Below, piece by piece: positions 1 to 13,736 of a DNA stretch of 64,000 bases. This DNA is from Malacoraja senta (lineage: Eukaryota): the NCBI GenBank assembly GCA_038087875.1, contig CM075988.1:5394001-5458000 (forward strand), written 5' to 3'. The position numbers were made by a program, and so were the translations under genes. The notes below the pieces were generated by a model. It was not told the origin of the DNA, searched no databases, and saw only the letters and a list, made by a program, of their open reading frames with translations. The stretch's first letter is position 1. Every line of letters starts with the position of its first letter.

Positions 1-1978
1 AGACAGTATGTATGTAGGGAAATGCCCTCTTCAGGTGTAAATGTTCGCCAGGCCACAGATAATCAAATATCAAGGCAGCAGGGCCAGCAATATCACGGAG
101 GTTAGAGGTCCAAATAAAGGAGATAAGAATGAGTGTGGATAAAGAGGAAGAAGACCTCAAGGCATGGATGGACCTCCAATTTACAACGGGGTCAAGGAAA
201 CCAAGGTCCTGGTGACCCTGAAGGTAGAGGACAGGGACACTGGCAGGGGAATCAGGGAGACCAAGGGGAAGAGACAGACCAACAGTCTAACCCACTTCAG
301 TGGCTCTGACCTGCTAGTGAGTAACCATACAATCTGGTAAAATTAAATGGCGTCCTCTGGCCTAGGAAAATACTGTAACATCACCCCTTCCTAACCGGGA
401 AAGATACATCGAGTCTGACTCTCAGAGAATTCTCACTGAAGGAGGGAGAATGGAAAGAATGACATAGTAGCTAGGTGGGAAAGATACCAACTGAAGAATG
501 AAAGAGGCACTAGGGAGAGAAAAAATTAAACTTATTGCACAGGAGGAATGGGGGTGGGGAAAAGAAGATATTGCACCAATGTATTGCTGAGTTTTGTGCC
601 TGCATGACAGTGGGTCAGCAAGAGACTGTCTGGGGAGCAAGGTAAAAAGGACACACAGACCTCTAAGAATAGGAGGAAAACAACGGAAGGTAATGTAGCT
701 CCCCAGAGAAAGGGTGACTAGCCGGGAAGAATTAACACTGTCCTGCCCCTTTAAGACACTTGGGGCCAGTAATCACCACTCCCTCGTAACAGACACCATT
801 ATTAGTACGGAGAAAGAAAGGACCTACCCTAGTGCCTAACTTCAGATCACCTGGCTACTGGAAGGATGAAAGGAAGGATAAAAGGAAGAAGAATGAAGGA
901 CATTTCAAACATCTTTGAAGGAATAACATCAATGCCTTGTAATGACTTTTGGGACAGACCTCACTCTGAAGATTGTTTTCGAATAAAACATTTCTCTGTG
1001 GTTTGGGGCAGAACACCTGAATTGCATCCAAATTATGGGGTTTAGAAGCAAATTTATAAATTTTGGATTCCATCTCGAAATTGGGTGGTGATGAATTGGA
1101 GAGATTTTAAAAATTTTAGATTGGAATAGACTCGTGGAATCTGACTAAGGACTAATTGGATTTTGAAGATTAACTGACATTGTTATTATCTCGTCCTCAC
1201 AAAGGCAGACGAAGATGGAAAAGATTGTTCAAAGGGCACCAAGAAGGATGGCACTTGGAACAATCTGGTAATATGGAATTACTTAGGGAATATGAGAGTT
1301 GAATTAAAATTGGGAGTGAAAATTGGAATAAAGTATGGCACGTTAAATGAAAACTGGAATTGGAATATGATTGGACATGGTCAAAAGAGGAACTGTGAGC
1401 AATAGGACTTCCCTTTAAGAGTCCGGATTAAGACATCATTCAGTGGCTGAGACCATAAGAGCGAGAACTCCTAGACAACGAGGCCAATAAAATAAAATAA
1501 AATAGAAGTCAACGGAACCAATAGAATATAAGCGAGATCTCCTAGACGGAGAACGAAGCCAACAGAAGTAAAGGTAACATAATAAGAGTTAATAGAATAA
1601 AGAACCAGCATAGTGAAGAATTAGCATAGTAATTAGTTATCATAGTGAAGAGTATATAAATAAGAGAAAATGGAGGACAGACTTGGTTAACTGCAGGGGG
1701 GAAACTTGGATTGTATTGGGAATAGCAGAGCCGATGTGTATTCGCCCGATGGATTTGAATTGTTTAACCCTTGATGGTAAAGAGGTTTATATTATCAAGG
1801 TGGAAATAAATTGTCCCTGGCTTTGGCATCCCTGGAACCTGCGGTGGGGATAGGTACAGTGTGTGATCTGTGATGCGCTTTTGGTAAAATAAAATGTAAT
1901 TGATTCAAGTGCTTGATTCAGTGTTTTTACTGAAGCTTGACTATGGGAAAGCTTAGAAACGAGCAATTATCATTCACA
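1..1978 (+). mobile_element. Probable LTR-retroelement/ERV 3' region and long LTR (degenerate, runs off window start)
   Basis: Purine/A-rich + strand with broken ORFs. Direct repeats at ~1455-1490/1526-1562 (GCGAGA.CTCCTAGAC..AACGA.GCCAA) and CATAGTGAAGA repeats precede TATATAAA at ~1653. AATAAA at ~1805 and ~1888; ends ...ATTCACA. No partner LTR in window. Confidence 0.4.
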
Positions 1979-2213
1979 CTGGTAAAGCCACAAGTATTGC
2001 AGGCAATAGGACACAAAGTGCTGGAGTAACTAATCAAATTAGGCAGCATCTTTGGAGAAAATGGAAAGGTGACGTTTTGGGTCAAAACCTGAAATGTCAC
2101 TTATCCATGTTCTCCAGCAATGCTGCCAGACCTGCTGAATTACTCTAGAACTTAGTGTCCTTTTGTATATTAACCGGCATCTGCAGTTCCTTGTTTCTAT
2201 AGCTTTGCAGACA

Positions 2214-2522
2214 AGGTGGCGCAATGGCAGAGTTGCTACCTTACAGCGCCAGAGACATGGGTTGAATCCTGTATATGAGTGCTGTCTGTACGGAGTTTGG
2301 ACATCCTTCCTGTGACCTGCGTGAATTCTCTCCGGGTAATCCGGTCTCCTCCCACACTTCATAGATGCACAGGTATGTGGGTTTCATTGGCTTTGGTAAG
2401 TTGTAAAATTGTCCTGAGCGTGTAGGGTAGTGTCATCGTACGGGGTGATCGCTGGTCGGCGCGGACACGGTGGGCCGAAGGGGCCTGTTTCTGCGCTGAA
2501 TCGCTGAAGTCTAAAGTCTAAA
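2214..2522 (+). mobile_element. HE1/V-SINE-type tRNA-derived SINE
   Basis: A-box-like GGTGGCGCAATGG, B-box-like GGGTTGAATCC, central TCTCCGG..CTCCCACA core, CR1-type tail GGGCCGAAGGGGCCTGTTTC plus short repeats. Confidence 0.85.
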
Positions 2523-3571
2523 ATTGTGCACAATTCATTCATTCATTCATTCATTCATTCCGTGGCCAGATTTGTTGTGACTGGGGGTTAAAGCTTCACG
2601 GACAGGTTTGGTTGTTGGTGAGATCAGTGTGATTATGGCACCCCAGGATTTGTGTAAAATTGGCAAGCCAAGGTCTTCTTTTATTTCTTCGTTGGACCTG
2701 TCAACGGTGTCAAGGTGTTGGTGATGGAGAGCATCAACCTTTCGATTTCCCCTTCCCCTGCACTGCTCGTCCTCAGGGCTTCCTGCAGGGAAAACTGTGC
2801 AATGAAGATACAAAGACTGATTAGTTATTGAATGAAAAAATACGTTGGGAAGAGGCATTAATGCCAGCTCCCAGCAAATGAGGACATTTAAAAAGACTTT
2901 TGCAGACACCATGGAAATACAAAGCAAGTTGATAATGTGAAGAGGATGTTAATCAGTTAGCTATCACACCATAAATCTGGCTCACCCATAGGCCAGAGAC
3001 TGGGACTGAGCCGTGCTCACAGGAGGTGCATAGAACATAGAACAGTACAGTACAGCACAGGAGCAGGTCCTTCAGCCCACCATGTCCATGCTGAACAGGA
3101 TGCCGTTAAACTAATCTCCTCTGCCTGCATGTGATCCATATCCCTGTATTCCCTGCATATCCATGAGCCTATCCATAAGCCTCTTGAATACCACTATGTC
3201 TGTGGAATTCTCTGGATACCGGTTCTCTGGATACTTTCAAGAGAGAGCTAGATAGGGCTCTTAAAGATAGCGGAGTCAGGGGATATGGGGAGAAGGCAGG
3301 AAGGGGTACTGATTGGGGATGATCAGCCATGATGACATTGAATGGCGGTGCTGGCTCGAAGGGCCAAATGGCCTACACCTGCACCTATTGTCTATTGTCT
3401 ATTGTCAGTATCATAGGTGACATTTTTGGTTGGGACTTTTCTTCAGACTGATTTTTGGGGGAGGAGGCAGGGGAAGGAAGCTGTAAGAGGGAAGGGGCAA
3501 GACAAAGCCTGGAAAGTATAGGTGAACACAGGTAAGGAAGGTTTTTGATAGGTAGATGACTAGACAAATGA

Positions 3572-4510
3572 TTGATTAACATCTCCAAGTTTGCGGATGA
3601 CACAAAGCTGGGCGGCAGTGGAGTTGCGAGGAGAATACTATGAGGCTTCAGGGTGACTTGGATACATTGCGTGAGTGGGCAGAGGCATGGCAGATGCAGT
3701 ATAATGTGGATAAATGTGAGGTTATCCACTTTGGTGGCAAGAACAGGAAGGCAGATTATTATCTGAATGGTGTCAGATTAGGAAAAGGGGAGTTGCAACA
3801 AGACCTGGGTGTGCTTGTACATCAGTCACTGAAAGTAAGCATGCTGGTGCAGCAGGCAGTGAAGAAAGCTAATGGCATGTTGGCCTTCATTGCGAGAGGA
3901 TTTGAGTTTAGGAGCAAGGAGGTCCTACTGCAATTGTACAGGGCCCTATTGAAACAACACCTGGAGTATTGTGTGCAGTTTTGGTCTCCTAATTTGAGGA
4001 AGGACATTCTTGCTATTAAGGGAGTGCAGAGTAGATTCACAAGGTTAATTCACGGGATGGTGGGACTGACATATGATGAAAGAATGGGTCGACTGGGCTT
4101 GCATTCACTGGAATTTAGAACGATGAGAGGAGATCTTTTAGAAGCATAAAATTCTTAATGATTTGGACAGGCTCGATGCAGGAAAAATGTTCCCATGTTG
4201 GGGGAGTCCAGAACCAGGGGGTCACAGTTTAAGAATAAGGGGCAGGCCATTTAGGACTGAGATGAGAAAAATCATTTTCACACAGAGAGTTGTGAATCTG
4301 TGGAATTCTCTGCCACAGAAGGCAGTGGAGACCAATTCACTAAATGTTTTCAAGAGAGAGTTAGATTTAGCTCTTGGGGCTAACGGAATCAAGGGATATG
4401 GGGAGAAAGCAGGAATGGGGTACTGATTTTGGATGAACAGCCATGATCATATTGAATGGCAGTGCTGGCTCGAAGGGCCGAAGGGCCTACTCCTGCACCT
4501 ATTTTCTATT
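3572..4510 (+). mobile_element. 5'-truncated CR1-clade (HER1-type) LINE, RT C-terminus and 3' UTR
   Basis: SKFADDTKL at ~3583; ORFs with LQGDLDTL.EWA..WQM.YNVDKC, DLGV, LEYCVQFWSP, QRVVNLWNSLP; GGGCCGAAGGGCCTACTCCTGC tail. Confidence 0.95.
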
Positions 4511-4539
4511 TATAGGTCAGAGATTTGTAGAATTTGTTT

Positions 4540-4830
4540 AATTTAGTTTAGTTTGGAGATACAGCACGGAAACAGATCCTTTGTCCCACTGAGTCCGTGC
4601 TGTACACTAGCATTATCCTACAGACTAGGGACAATTTACAATGTTTACCAAAACCAAAGTAACCTGCAAACCTGTACGTCTTTGGAGTGTGGGAGGAAAC
4701 CGGAGCACCGAGGGAAGGCCCACGTGGTCACAGGGAGAACGTAAAAACGCTGTTCAGACAGAACCCGTAGTCAGGATCGAACCCTGGTCTCTGGTGCTGT
4801 AAGCAGCAACTGCTGCATTTCTGTGCTGCT
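4540..4830 (-). mobile_element. HE1/V-SINE copy
   Basis: Reverse complement of the SINE at 2214; (TTTAG)n tail at left, GGATCGAACCC box. Confidence 0.85.
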
Positions 4831-5261
4831 CCAAGTAGTGCTGTGTGGTGTGATATGCTGGCCTGCAGCAAGCAGACTGCTTGATTTACCTAAAGAGAAG
4901 TGTTTTGACATCTAGGATAGCACAGTGGTGCAGCTAGCCCATTCACTGTGTCAGACACATTTACAATGCACTTATAATTGAATTACATCCAACTGTGCAC
5001 AAGTCCAGACCAGGTACTTTAAATAATAACTGAAGACCAGTTTTTTTTTTAATGTGTGCTGAAACATCTTTGCTTGATATTGAGAGATTAAAATGGCATT
5101 AATATAACTGCGGATACAATGACCCACCTCCTTTTCTCCCTTGCTTGTCTGTAATGCCCTCGTAGCTGAGAGGTCTTACTTTTGTGGTAACACCCCCTCC
5201 ATCAGTCATTAACTGACATTAACAGTGATATTAGCATTAATATTAATAGTGATAGACCTGG

Positions 5262-5622
5262 ATATTGTGAATGTGGAGATGATGTTTCCACTGGTGGGAG
5301 AGTCGCGGACCAAAGGCCACAGTCTTAGAATCAAAGGACGTTCCTTTAGAAAAGAGATGAGGAGGAATGTCTTCAGCCAGAGGGTGGTGAATCTGTGGAA
5401 TTCATTGCCGCAGACTGCTGTGGAGGCCAAGTCAGTGGATATTTTTAAGGGGGAGATTAATAGATTGTTGTTTAGTGCGGGTGTCAGTGGTTATGGAGAG
5501 AAGGCAGGAGAATGGGGAGGAGAGGGAAAGGTAGATCAGCCACGATTGAATGGCAGAGTAGACTTGATGGACCAAATGGCGTAATTCTGCTCTTAGAATT
5601 TATGAACTTCTGAATTTATGAA
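5262..5622 (+). mobile_element. CR1 LINE 3' fragment
   Basis: MFPLVGESRTKGHSLRIKG...FSQRVVNLWNSLP, 3' UTR and (TTATGAAC)n tail. Confidence 0.9.
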
Positions 5623-6057
5623 CAACAGCTCACCTTCCATTGTAAAATGTTTGCATTGCTCACTCCACTCCCAGCCTGATCAAACAGAACTTCAGATATG
5701 TTCCTTTCCCCTGTCTGTTATTCTTGTCACTGTTTCATTCAATTTTGATAGGTTACAACACCACAATTTTGAATGAATTTCCAGGTGATCAAACATGATT
5801 TGGATAATTAAAGCAAGGTTTCCAACAAGCGTACTTCAATGAGATTATGTATTCGGAAGGAGTTCACACTTCAGGCAGAGAAATAGGAACCACACAACCT
5901 CTTCACCTCTGCTTGTTGTTGAAACTAGCTAATTGTATATTGACACACAGCAGAGTCTCCATCGCAGCCAAGATGTTTGCTTCCATAGCCAGACTTTTCC
6001 ATGTGAATAGCCTCTGACCATGGAGCCTATGTTGATGTCAGTACTTCAGATGTTGAT

Positions 6058-6609
6058 AAAGAAGGAACTGCAGATGCTGGAAAATCGAAGGTACACAAAA
6101 ATGCTGGAGAAACTCAGCATTCGCTGCTCTAGATGCCAGCTGATCTACATCGGTGAGACCAAGCGGAGGCTTGGCGATCGTTTCGCCGAACACCTCCGGT
6201 CGGTCCGCAATAACCAACCTGAACTCCCGGTGGCTCAGCACTTCAACTCCCCCTCCCATTCCGTATCTGACCTCTCTGTCCTGGGTCTCCTCCATGGCCA
6301 CAGCGAGCAACACCGTAAATTGGAGGAAATGCACCTCATATTCCGCTTGGGCAGTCTACATCCTGGGGGTTTGAACATTGAATTCTCCCAATTCTGCTAG
6401 CCCTTGCTGTCCCCTCCCCTTCATCAGCCCTCTGGTTGTCTCCTCCCCTCCCCCAGCCCTCGGGCTCCTCCTCCGCCTTTTTCCTTTTTTCCTTTCTTCT
6501 CCCCACCCCCTATCAGTCTGAAGAAGGGTTTCGGCCCGAAACATTACCTATTTCCTTCGCTCCATAGATGCTGCTGCACCCGCTGAGTTTCTCCAGCATT
6601 TTTGTGTAC
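6058..6609 (+). mobile_element. Penelope-like element 3' fragment (GIY-YIG endonuclease) with inverted terminal segment
   Basis: IRCSRCQLIYIGETKRRLGDRFAEH...HFN...GLN peptide; 14 bp TSD CTTCAGATGTTGAT at 6044-6057 and 6610-6623; 5' part includes an inverted copy of the 3' end. Confidence 0.9.
6518..6548 (+). ncRNA. Minimal hammerhead ribozyme-like core
   Basis: CTGAAGA-A-GGG-TTTCGG-CCC-GAAAC in Penelope 3' UTR; stem III palindrome mutated (ACAT instead of ACGT). Confidence 0.55.
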
Positions 6610-6734
6610 CTTCAGATGTTGATGTCAGTCTTGCAGATAGGCAGACACCACAGGAGCCAATGAAGAAAGACAAGGTCAATCTGAAGCTAATGCATGCCTC
6701 TTCCCATTAAACTCCCACTCTGCCACCTTCCCAA

Positions 6735-6747
6735 ACACACACATGCA

Positions 6748-6834
<87 letters not shown>

Positions 6835-7015
6835 ACGCACGCACGCACACACATGCATGCGCACACACACACACACTCACACACACTCACATACACTCAT
6901 ACACATGTGCACACACATACATACGGATACATACGCACCACTCATACGGACACACATATAAGCGCACACACACACACGTATGCACGCTCGCACACACATG
7001 CACGCACGCACACAC
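6735..7015. repeat. (CA)n microsatellite with degenerate CACG/CATA variants
   Basis: Directly visible. Confidence 0.98.
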
Positions 7016-8437
7016 TAACAAGTTTTACTGAGAGTGGAGAAATCAGCGTTCGTTGAGGACATGGACCTGGTGTAGAATGAAGTAAAGTTGTGGTCCGTTG
7101 CAGTTGTGTGTGAGTGAGACCTGGAGCTGTGGGAGAGCCAGAGCAAGTTGGTGCAGGCGCCAGTCGCAGCCAGTGTGGAACGCAGGGCACGGAAAGAGAA
7201 CTATTGCGAAAAGCGGTGGCTTGACTGTCGGTATGTGTAATCCAACCTGTCCCTGGAAACAACTTGTACATTTGCTTATACATTTCAGACCAGTATATTA
7301 CACTTTTGGTGAACACATGGACAATTGGGCTACGAGCTGCCTCCACTGCACTGCTGCTCTACCCCCTCACTGTAGGCTCTCGCAGCCACTCTTCCCACAG
7401 ATAGAGGAACACTGTAGGATCAACCACTGAATATTATGGCTGTGGGGGCTGGTGATCGTGTAGTAGGCCATGGCCATTGACATGGTCAAAGCTTCCCGTG
7501 GGAATGGTGGGAAGCTAAGCTTTAACACTGAGCGTGGAGGCTGGTGTGATTTTGGCAGGAATATCCTGGCAAACCGCGTGGTGGGAATATTCAGGTTAGC
7601 CACAGCCAATCCCACCAGCAGACCCGGCTCACCCGCCATAGACCACAATCTCTCCCGCCGCGGACAGAGGACCGAGGACCCACATGGTACGCCCAGCACG
7701 CCCACTGCGAGTCGTGGATGGAAAACCCACATAGAAGGCCCAACCTGCCGGCAGTGGAAGCAGGACCCACGCCACGGACCGGCACCTGGCCGGAAAGCCC
7801 AGCTCGCCCGCCCAGAGTGGAGGGAGGGCCGGCAAGCGGACTGGCTGCAGGAGAATGCGCAGGGCCTCGACGGGATAGTGGGCTGCTGGAGGCCCTGCAA
7901 CAGCCTGGGGCTCGGCTGGACCGGACGCCTCTCCATGAGGCCGTGCACGTGGCTACAGCGGTGGAGCAACGGTTGGCCAGGCCGACCCTGCAACACTGCC
8001 AGGATGACGGGCCTTCATGGTCAGATCAAGAACCCTGCACTTACAACAACTGGGACTTGAAAATGGTGCCAAACGAGTGACTCTGTACACTGTAAGTGCC
8101 CAGCCTGGATTAATGGGAACAGGACTCCTCTCTCCACTGTTACTGGACCACAACATTTCGACTCCTTGTGGGACTACAAGAAGTGAACCTCCCTGCACCA
8201 ATAAACTATCATCTATCAGGCCTGTATTGAACATTAATGTTTGAATAGGGATGTTCTCGGTTCTGAGCTAAAATTACGTAAGGCAAGGGTACATGGAGGA
8301 ACCCTTAATCCACACCATTGCCCAGTTATACAGCAAGTCCATTCCCCAACTAATTTTCCCTGCAACCTTCTCTCCCCATGTTCAAATTAACTCCCCACAA
8401 ATTCTACCACTCACCTCACGCAAAGATAACTTACATG

Positions 8438-8900
8438 GTTTAGTTTGGCTTAGTTTAGAGATACAGCGCGGAAACAGGCCCTTCGGCCCACCGAGTCCAC
8501 ACAGACCAGCGATCCCCGCACATTAACATTACTCTACACACACTAGGAACAATTTTGTTTACATTTGCATCAAGCCAATTAATCTACAAACCTGTACGTC
8601 TTTGGAGTGTGGGAGGAAACCAAAAATCTCAGAGAAAACCCACGCAGGTGACAGGGAGAATGTACAAACTCCGTACAGCCAAGCATCCATGGTTAGGATC
8701 AAATCCGGGTCTCTGCCGTTGTAAGGCAGTAGTTCTACCGCTACGCCACTGTGCCGTGCAAATGGACCAAATGAATCTATCAAGACCCACATTTTTTGGG
8801 TGAGGAAAGAAACCAGAGCACTTGGAGGAACATATGGTCATAGGGAGAACATGCAAACTCCAGATAGACAGCACCTGAGTTCAGGAATGAGCCCAGGTCA
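8438..8900 (-). mobile_element. HE1/V-SINE copy followed by a partial older SINE
   Basis: AGATACAGCGCGGAAACAGGCCCTTCGGCCCACC tail through CCGCTACGCCAC head. Confidence 0.85.
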
Positions 8901-9253
8901 TACAGCATGAAAACAGGCCCTTTGACCCAACTTCCATGCCAAGTCGCCAAACCAAGCTAGTCCCACTTGCCTGTACCTGACCCATATTCCTCCAAACTTT
9001 GCATATCCTTGTCCAAGAGTCTTGTAAATATGCCCACCTCCGCCATCGCCTCTGGCTGCTTGTTCCTTACACTTACTACCCCCTGTCTGAGAATGTCGTC
9101 ATGCTACACAATCATGATAACATTGAATGAAACTATTGGAGATGGGGCTGATGGCTAGTGTCTTCTTAAAACCTATCTCTCCACCAACTTACCCGAAGAA
9201 TATACTGCTTGGCATGGAAGTTGGGTCACGTGGCCTGTTTCCATGCTGTATAA

Positions 9254-9633
9254 AGCCCCTGTCCCACTTAGGAGACATAAACAGCAACCTCTGGTGCCCG
9301 CCACCAAAGGTTTCCATGTCACCGGAGGTTTTGGTCACTCTCCCTAATGGTCGAAAGTGGTTTCCGCGTGGTCGAGGCTTCATCTAGGTTGCTGCTAATT
9401 TTCATCATGTTTAAAACCGGCCTCGACAAAAAATAGGTTGCCGTTTTAAAAATAGATCATTTTTAAGTCGCAGGTCTCATCGAAGCCGGTTTTCTTCATA
9501 GTCGAGGAAGGTTTTCAACATATGCGTGGGAGGTGGTAAGAGGTTGCAGGTCATCTCGACCTTGATTTATTTTTGGGTGGCGGGCAATGTCACCAGAGGT
9601 TGCTGTTTAGGTCTCCTAAGTGGGACAGGGGCT
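9254..9633. mobile_element. PIF/Harbinger-type MITE (family A)
   Basis: TIRs AGCCCCTGTCCCACTTAGGAGAC...GTCTCCTAAGTGGGACAGGGGCT; TAA left flank; highly similar to 30532-30898. Confidence 0.8.
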
Positions 9634-12259
9634 TTTTAACTCTATAACCTGAGCTCATTCCTGACCTCAGGTGGTAACACGAAGGAGCGGTGAGTATAAC
9701 TGTCCTTAACCACAAAGCACCATCTGACCAAATCTGGCATCGGGCAGACCTGATGGGATCCGGCAAGTGGATGGGGAGCTGCTGAGAATTAAGAGAGACC
9801 AACGCGACTAATGAGTACTTTGTAACTTAGTCAGCGCCAGAAACGTGGTGACTCTGTGTGTACTTTGTGTATTGTATGCAACAACAAAAAATTCGCTGCA
9901 CCCAGGTACGTGACAATAAAGTATCAGTGAATCTTTGGTAAAACTGAAATCAATGGACGTCAAGGGTGAAACACCTCAGTGACTGTGTTTGTTGAAGGAC
10001 AGTTGTTCCCAGGATATCTCTGCAGGAGTTGCACAGGAACATGTCCCAGCCTCAACCAGCCTCAGCTGCTTCATCAATCACCTCCCACCTGCTATACATC
10101 TAGGACGGAGACTTTTGCTAATAATCGCACAATGTTCCAATTTTTCAAATGATGAGACGGCCCATTTTTTTTCATTTGGCAAGATCTGAGGTTGGTGGGT
10201 GTGTGGGTGGCGGGTATTTTAACACAGAGGGAGGTGGGTGCACGGAACGAGCTGCCCGAGGAGGTAGTTGAGGCAGGTACTATATACAACATTTAAAGGG
10301 CATTTTTGGCCTGCACATGAACAAGAAAGGTTTAGAAGGATATGGGCAGGTGGGACTAGTATAGATGGGGCAGTGTGGTTGGCATGGGCAAGTTGGGCCG
10401 AAGGGCCTGTTTCCGTGCACACGCAAAAGAGAGACGGTAACGGTGATTTTACTTGAAGTTGAAGAATTCACTGATCTCCCTGTTCTCCAGAACCTTTGCT
10501 CCTGTATGAAAATACTCATCAGTGATTGTTTTCATTCCTATTCCTTCTCCACTGATATAGAGTCATAGTCATTGAGTCATACAGCACAGAAACAGGCCAT
10601 TTGGCCCAGCTTGCCCATATCCCTCTAAACCTTACCTATTCTATCCATGTACCTGTCCAAAAGCTTTTAAAATGTTGTTATAGTTTCTGCCTCAACTACT
10701 TCCTCTGGCAGCTCATCCATATATTCCCCAGCCTCTGTGTGAAAATACTGCCCCTCAGATTCCTGATAAATCGTTCCTCTCTCACCTTTAAACTATGTCC
10801 TCTGGTTACTTTTATTTTCACTCCCAATTTGTCCAGACCAATAATTTGTTCCCTTTCCAGTTTAGAGCGTTCCGGGTCACAGCATGGAAAGAGGTCCTTT
10901 GGCCCACCAAGTCCATTGTGACCTTGTTCACACTTGTTCACACTTGTTCTACATTAGCCCACTTTCTCATCTACTCCCTACACACTAGGGGCAATTTAAA
11001 GAGGCTAATACCTACAAACCCGCACGTCTTTGGGATTTGGGAGGAAACCGGAGCATCCGAAGGAAACCCACGCAGTCACAAGGAGAACGTACAAACTCCA
11101 TACAGGCAGCACCTGAGGTCAGGTTCAAACCCAGGGATTCATTCGAAATGTGTGGAATTCTGTGGAATTCATTGCCACTGACGGGGGTGGAGGCCAAGTC
11201 ACTGGGCATTTTTTTAAACGGAGATTGTTAGGTTCTAGATTAGTCTAGTCTAGTTTAGTTCACTGTACTGAGGTACAGTGAAAAAGTGTTTTTTGTATGG
11301 GCGTCAAAGGCTATGGGGAGAATGCTTGAGGGGGAAAAGTAGATCAGCCATGATTGAATGCCGGTGCAGACACGATGGGCTGAATGGCCTAATTCCTTAT
11401 GGTCTATGGTCTCATGGAAGCCGAGTCTCTTGCGCTGTGAGGAAGCAGCTTTACCAATTGTGTTACTGCGCCACCAGACAATCATTCAAGATTGAATGTT
11501 TTTCAAATTGTATCTTGCACAAATGTCACGATAACATAAGGGTTTCCTACCTGAAGTCATCTTCTTACACGCTGCACTCTCTCAAGGTCATTGATATGAA
11601 GGCGACTGGAATAATTCATAAGATTCTGGATAGCACATAACAACAGACCTGTCAATGCTTGATTTCTGCGTATGTGATATATATATATATATTGCATATA
11701 ATTTTGCAATTATCACAGTGAAAGGCATCATTACTAAGTGTGATCAGAGATATTGTGGTGGATGAAAAAGCATTTCTATTAACGTCAACTGGCTTAATAT
11801 AAGAGCTGGAAAATGAATCTGTCGACTTTGGGACTGACAGCCTGATAAAGAGACGGTAAAGCAGACCTGACAAGCTCAATGAGCTATGCTTGGCAGATTC
11901 TCCATCATTGCTTGGTATTCAGACAACCCAAGAAATGGGCCGAATCCATTGTAAATGATGGGCATTCTCCTGAAGCAAGGTTACCAACAGATGAGGGTCA
12001 AGCATATTGTGTTTCGAAAAATACAAATCAGCAGATGGTTTGCAGATAGAGATGTGGGAGAAAACTATTAAACTGTGCAGATATTATTCTCATTGGTGGC
12101 ATTTTAAATGGAATCACATCAGTAACCCTGAAGTACAATGTGCAATTGCAACGTGGACACTTCATATCAGAATTCTCATAATGTGACTCACTGGAGGATT
12201 GGATAAAGTGCATGGAATTACCTGTAAACATCAAACTAGTGTCCAACTTTGCATTGGTT

Positions 12260-12575
12260 ATAGGAGCCGAATTAGACCATTCGACCCATCAAGTCTACTC
12301 TGCCATTCAATCATGGCTGATCTATCTTTCCATCTCAACCCCATTCTCCTGCCTTCTCCCCACAACACCCTTACACCCTTACTAATCAAGAATCTGTCAA
12401 TATCTGCCTTGAAAATATCCAATGACATGGCCTCCATGGCCGTCTGTGGTAATGAATTCCACAGATTCACCACCCTCTAACTAAAGAAATTCCCTTTCTA
12501 AAGGTACATCCTTTTATTCTGAGGCTGTGGCCTCTGGTCCTAGACTCTCCCACTAGTGGAAACATCCTCTCCACA
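12260..12575 (-). mobile_element. CR1 LINE 3' fragment
   Basis: ORF VNLWNSLPQTA..A.SLDIFKADIDRFL on minus strand. Confidence 0.9.
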
Positions 12576-12616
12576 GACCTGACAAATAAGCATCTGACAA
12601 ATAAGACTACATCTTA

Positions 12617-13392
12617 TGGCCCTGTCCCACTTAGCCAACATTTTAGGCGATTGCAGGAGACTATGCAGTCGCCATATGGTTGCCACATGTTCGCGGGAAG
12701 TTGCCGGGGAGTCGCCTTCAAGTTCATGAGGAGTTCCCGCATTCTGGGAACTGGTCGCGGCCTCATTATGGTCGCCGTGAATGTTTCAACATGTTGAAAA
12801 ATTAGCTGCGACTAGAATGAAGCCGCCATGGAGAGTAGCGAGAATTCTCGTGCCATAGGTGGGTCGCAGGGAGGTCCTAGTGGGTTGCCAGGAGGTCGAA
12901 GGTTCTCTTAGGTTCTCGTAGGTTGTAGCCGGTGCTGAACGGTGAATTTCATTGGCTCATTGGGAAAAAAAGGTAAGCAATAGTTTTCAGAACCAAGGAT
13001 AGCCGACTGGTGATGTTAAATGTCCGCCGAGCTTCACAGCCGTGTACCTCTGGCTTCCTAAAAGTTGTTTCCACTCCTTCTCCCCCTTCCCCCCTCCTTT
13101 TAAAGGACTGCCCGTACACTGCTAGCATTCTTAATTACAGCGCCAACCTTCCTGTTCATCGTGGTGTGTGTCTGTTTCACCTTGGCTTTGCACCGTGTGA
13201 ATTTCTCTCAGACAGAGCTCCCTCCGCTTGCCCTGTCCCCCGCCTGCATAACAGGCTAGTGAAGGAAGTGAGGTGTTTGTGTGTGTGTTCCACTCATCAG
13301 TCGCTGTTCCAGTTGCCGGTTTTTCAGGCGACTGCCGGCAACTTGACAGTCGCAGGCGTTCCCTGAGAAATCGCCTAAGTGGGACAGGCCCA
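12617..13392. mobile_element. PIF/Harbinger-type MITE (family B)
   Basis: TIR TGGCCCTGTCCCACTTAG / CTAAGTGGGACAGGCCCA; TTA TSD on both sides. Confidence 0.85.
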
Positions 13393-13736
13393 TTAGACAG
13401 ATATCCTGATTCATTTTCATCATAGAGCGGTCCTGAGCTACCATCTACTTTATTGGAGATCCTCAGACAATCTTTAATCGGACTTGACTGGACTCTATTT
13501 GACACTAAATGTTATTCCCTATATCCTGTATCTGTACACTGTTGGTGGCTCAATTGTAGTAATGTATAATCTTTCCGCTGACTGGTTAACACGCAACAAA
13601 AAACATCTTTTCACTGTACCTCGGTACACGTGACAATAAACTAAACCAACCTTTTGCTTTAAGCAATTTATTATTATCATCATTTGGTGGTATTTTGTAT
13701 TGTAATTTTGTGCTGGTAGAATATTCAATTATGCCG

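Noticed and set aside
2214..2290. tRNA gene candidates (A/B boxes, here and in other copies)
   Set aside because: They are heads of tRNA-derived SINEs, always followed by the SINE core and LINE-derived tail.
6676..7056. His/Thr- and Cys/Val-rich ORFs
   Set aside because: Translations of the (CA)n microsatellite.
7367..8080. Long overlapping ORFs (196-209 aa) on both strands
   Set aside because: GC-rich sequence poor in stop codons; no domain motifs; probably a repeat.
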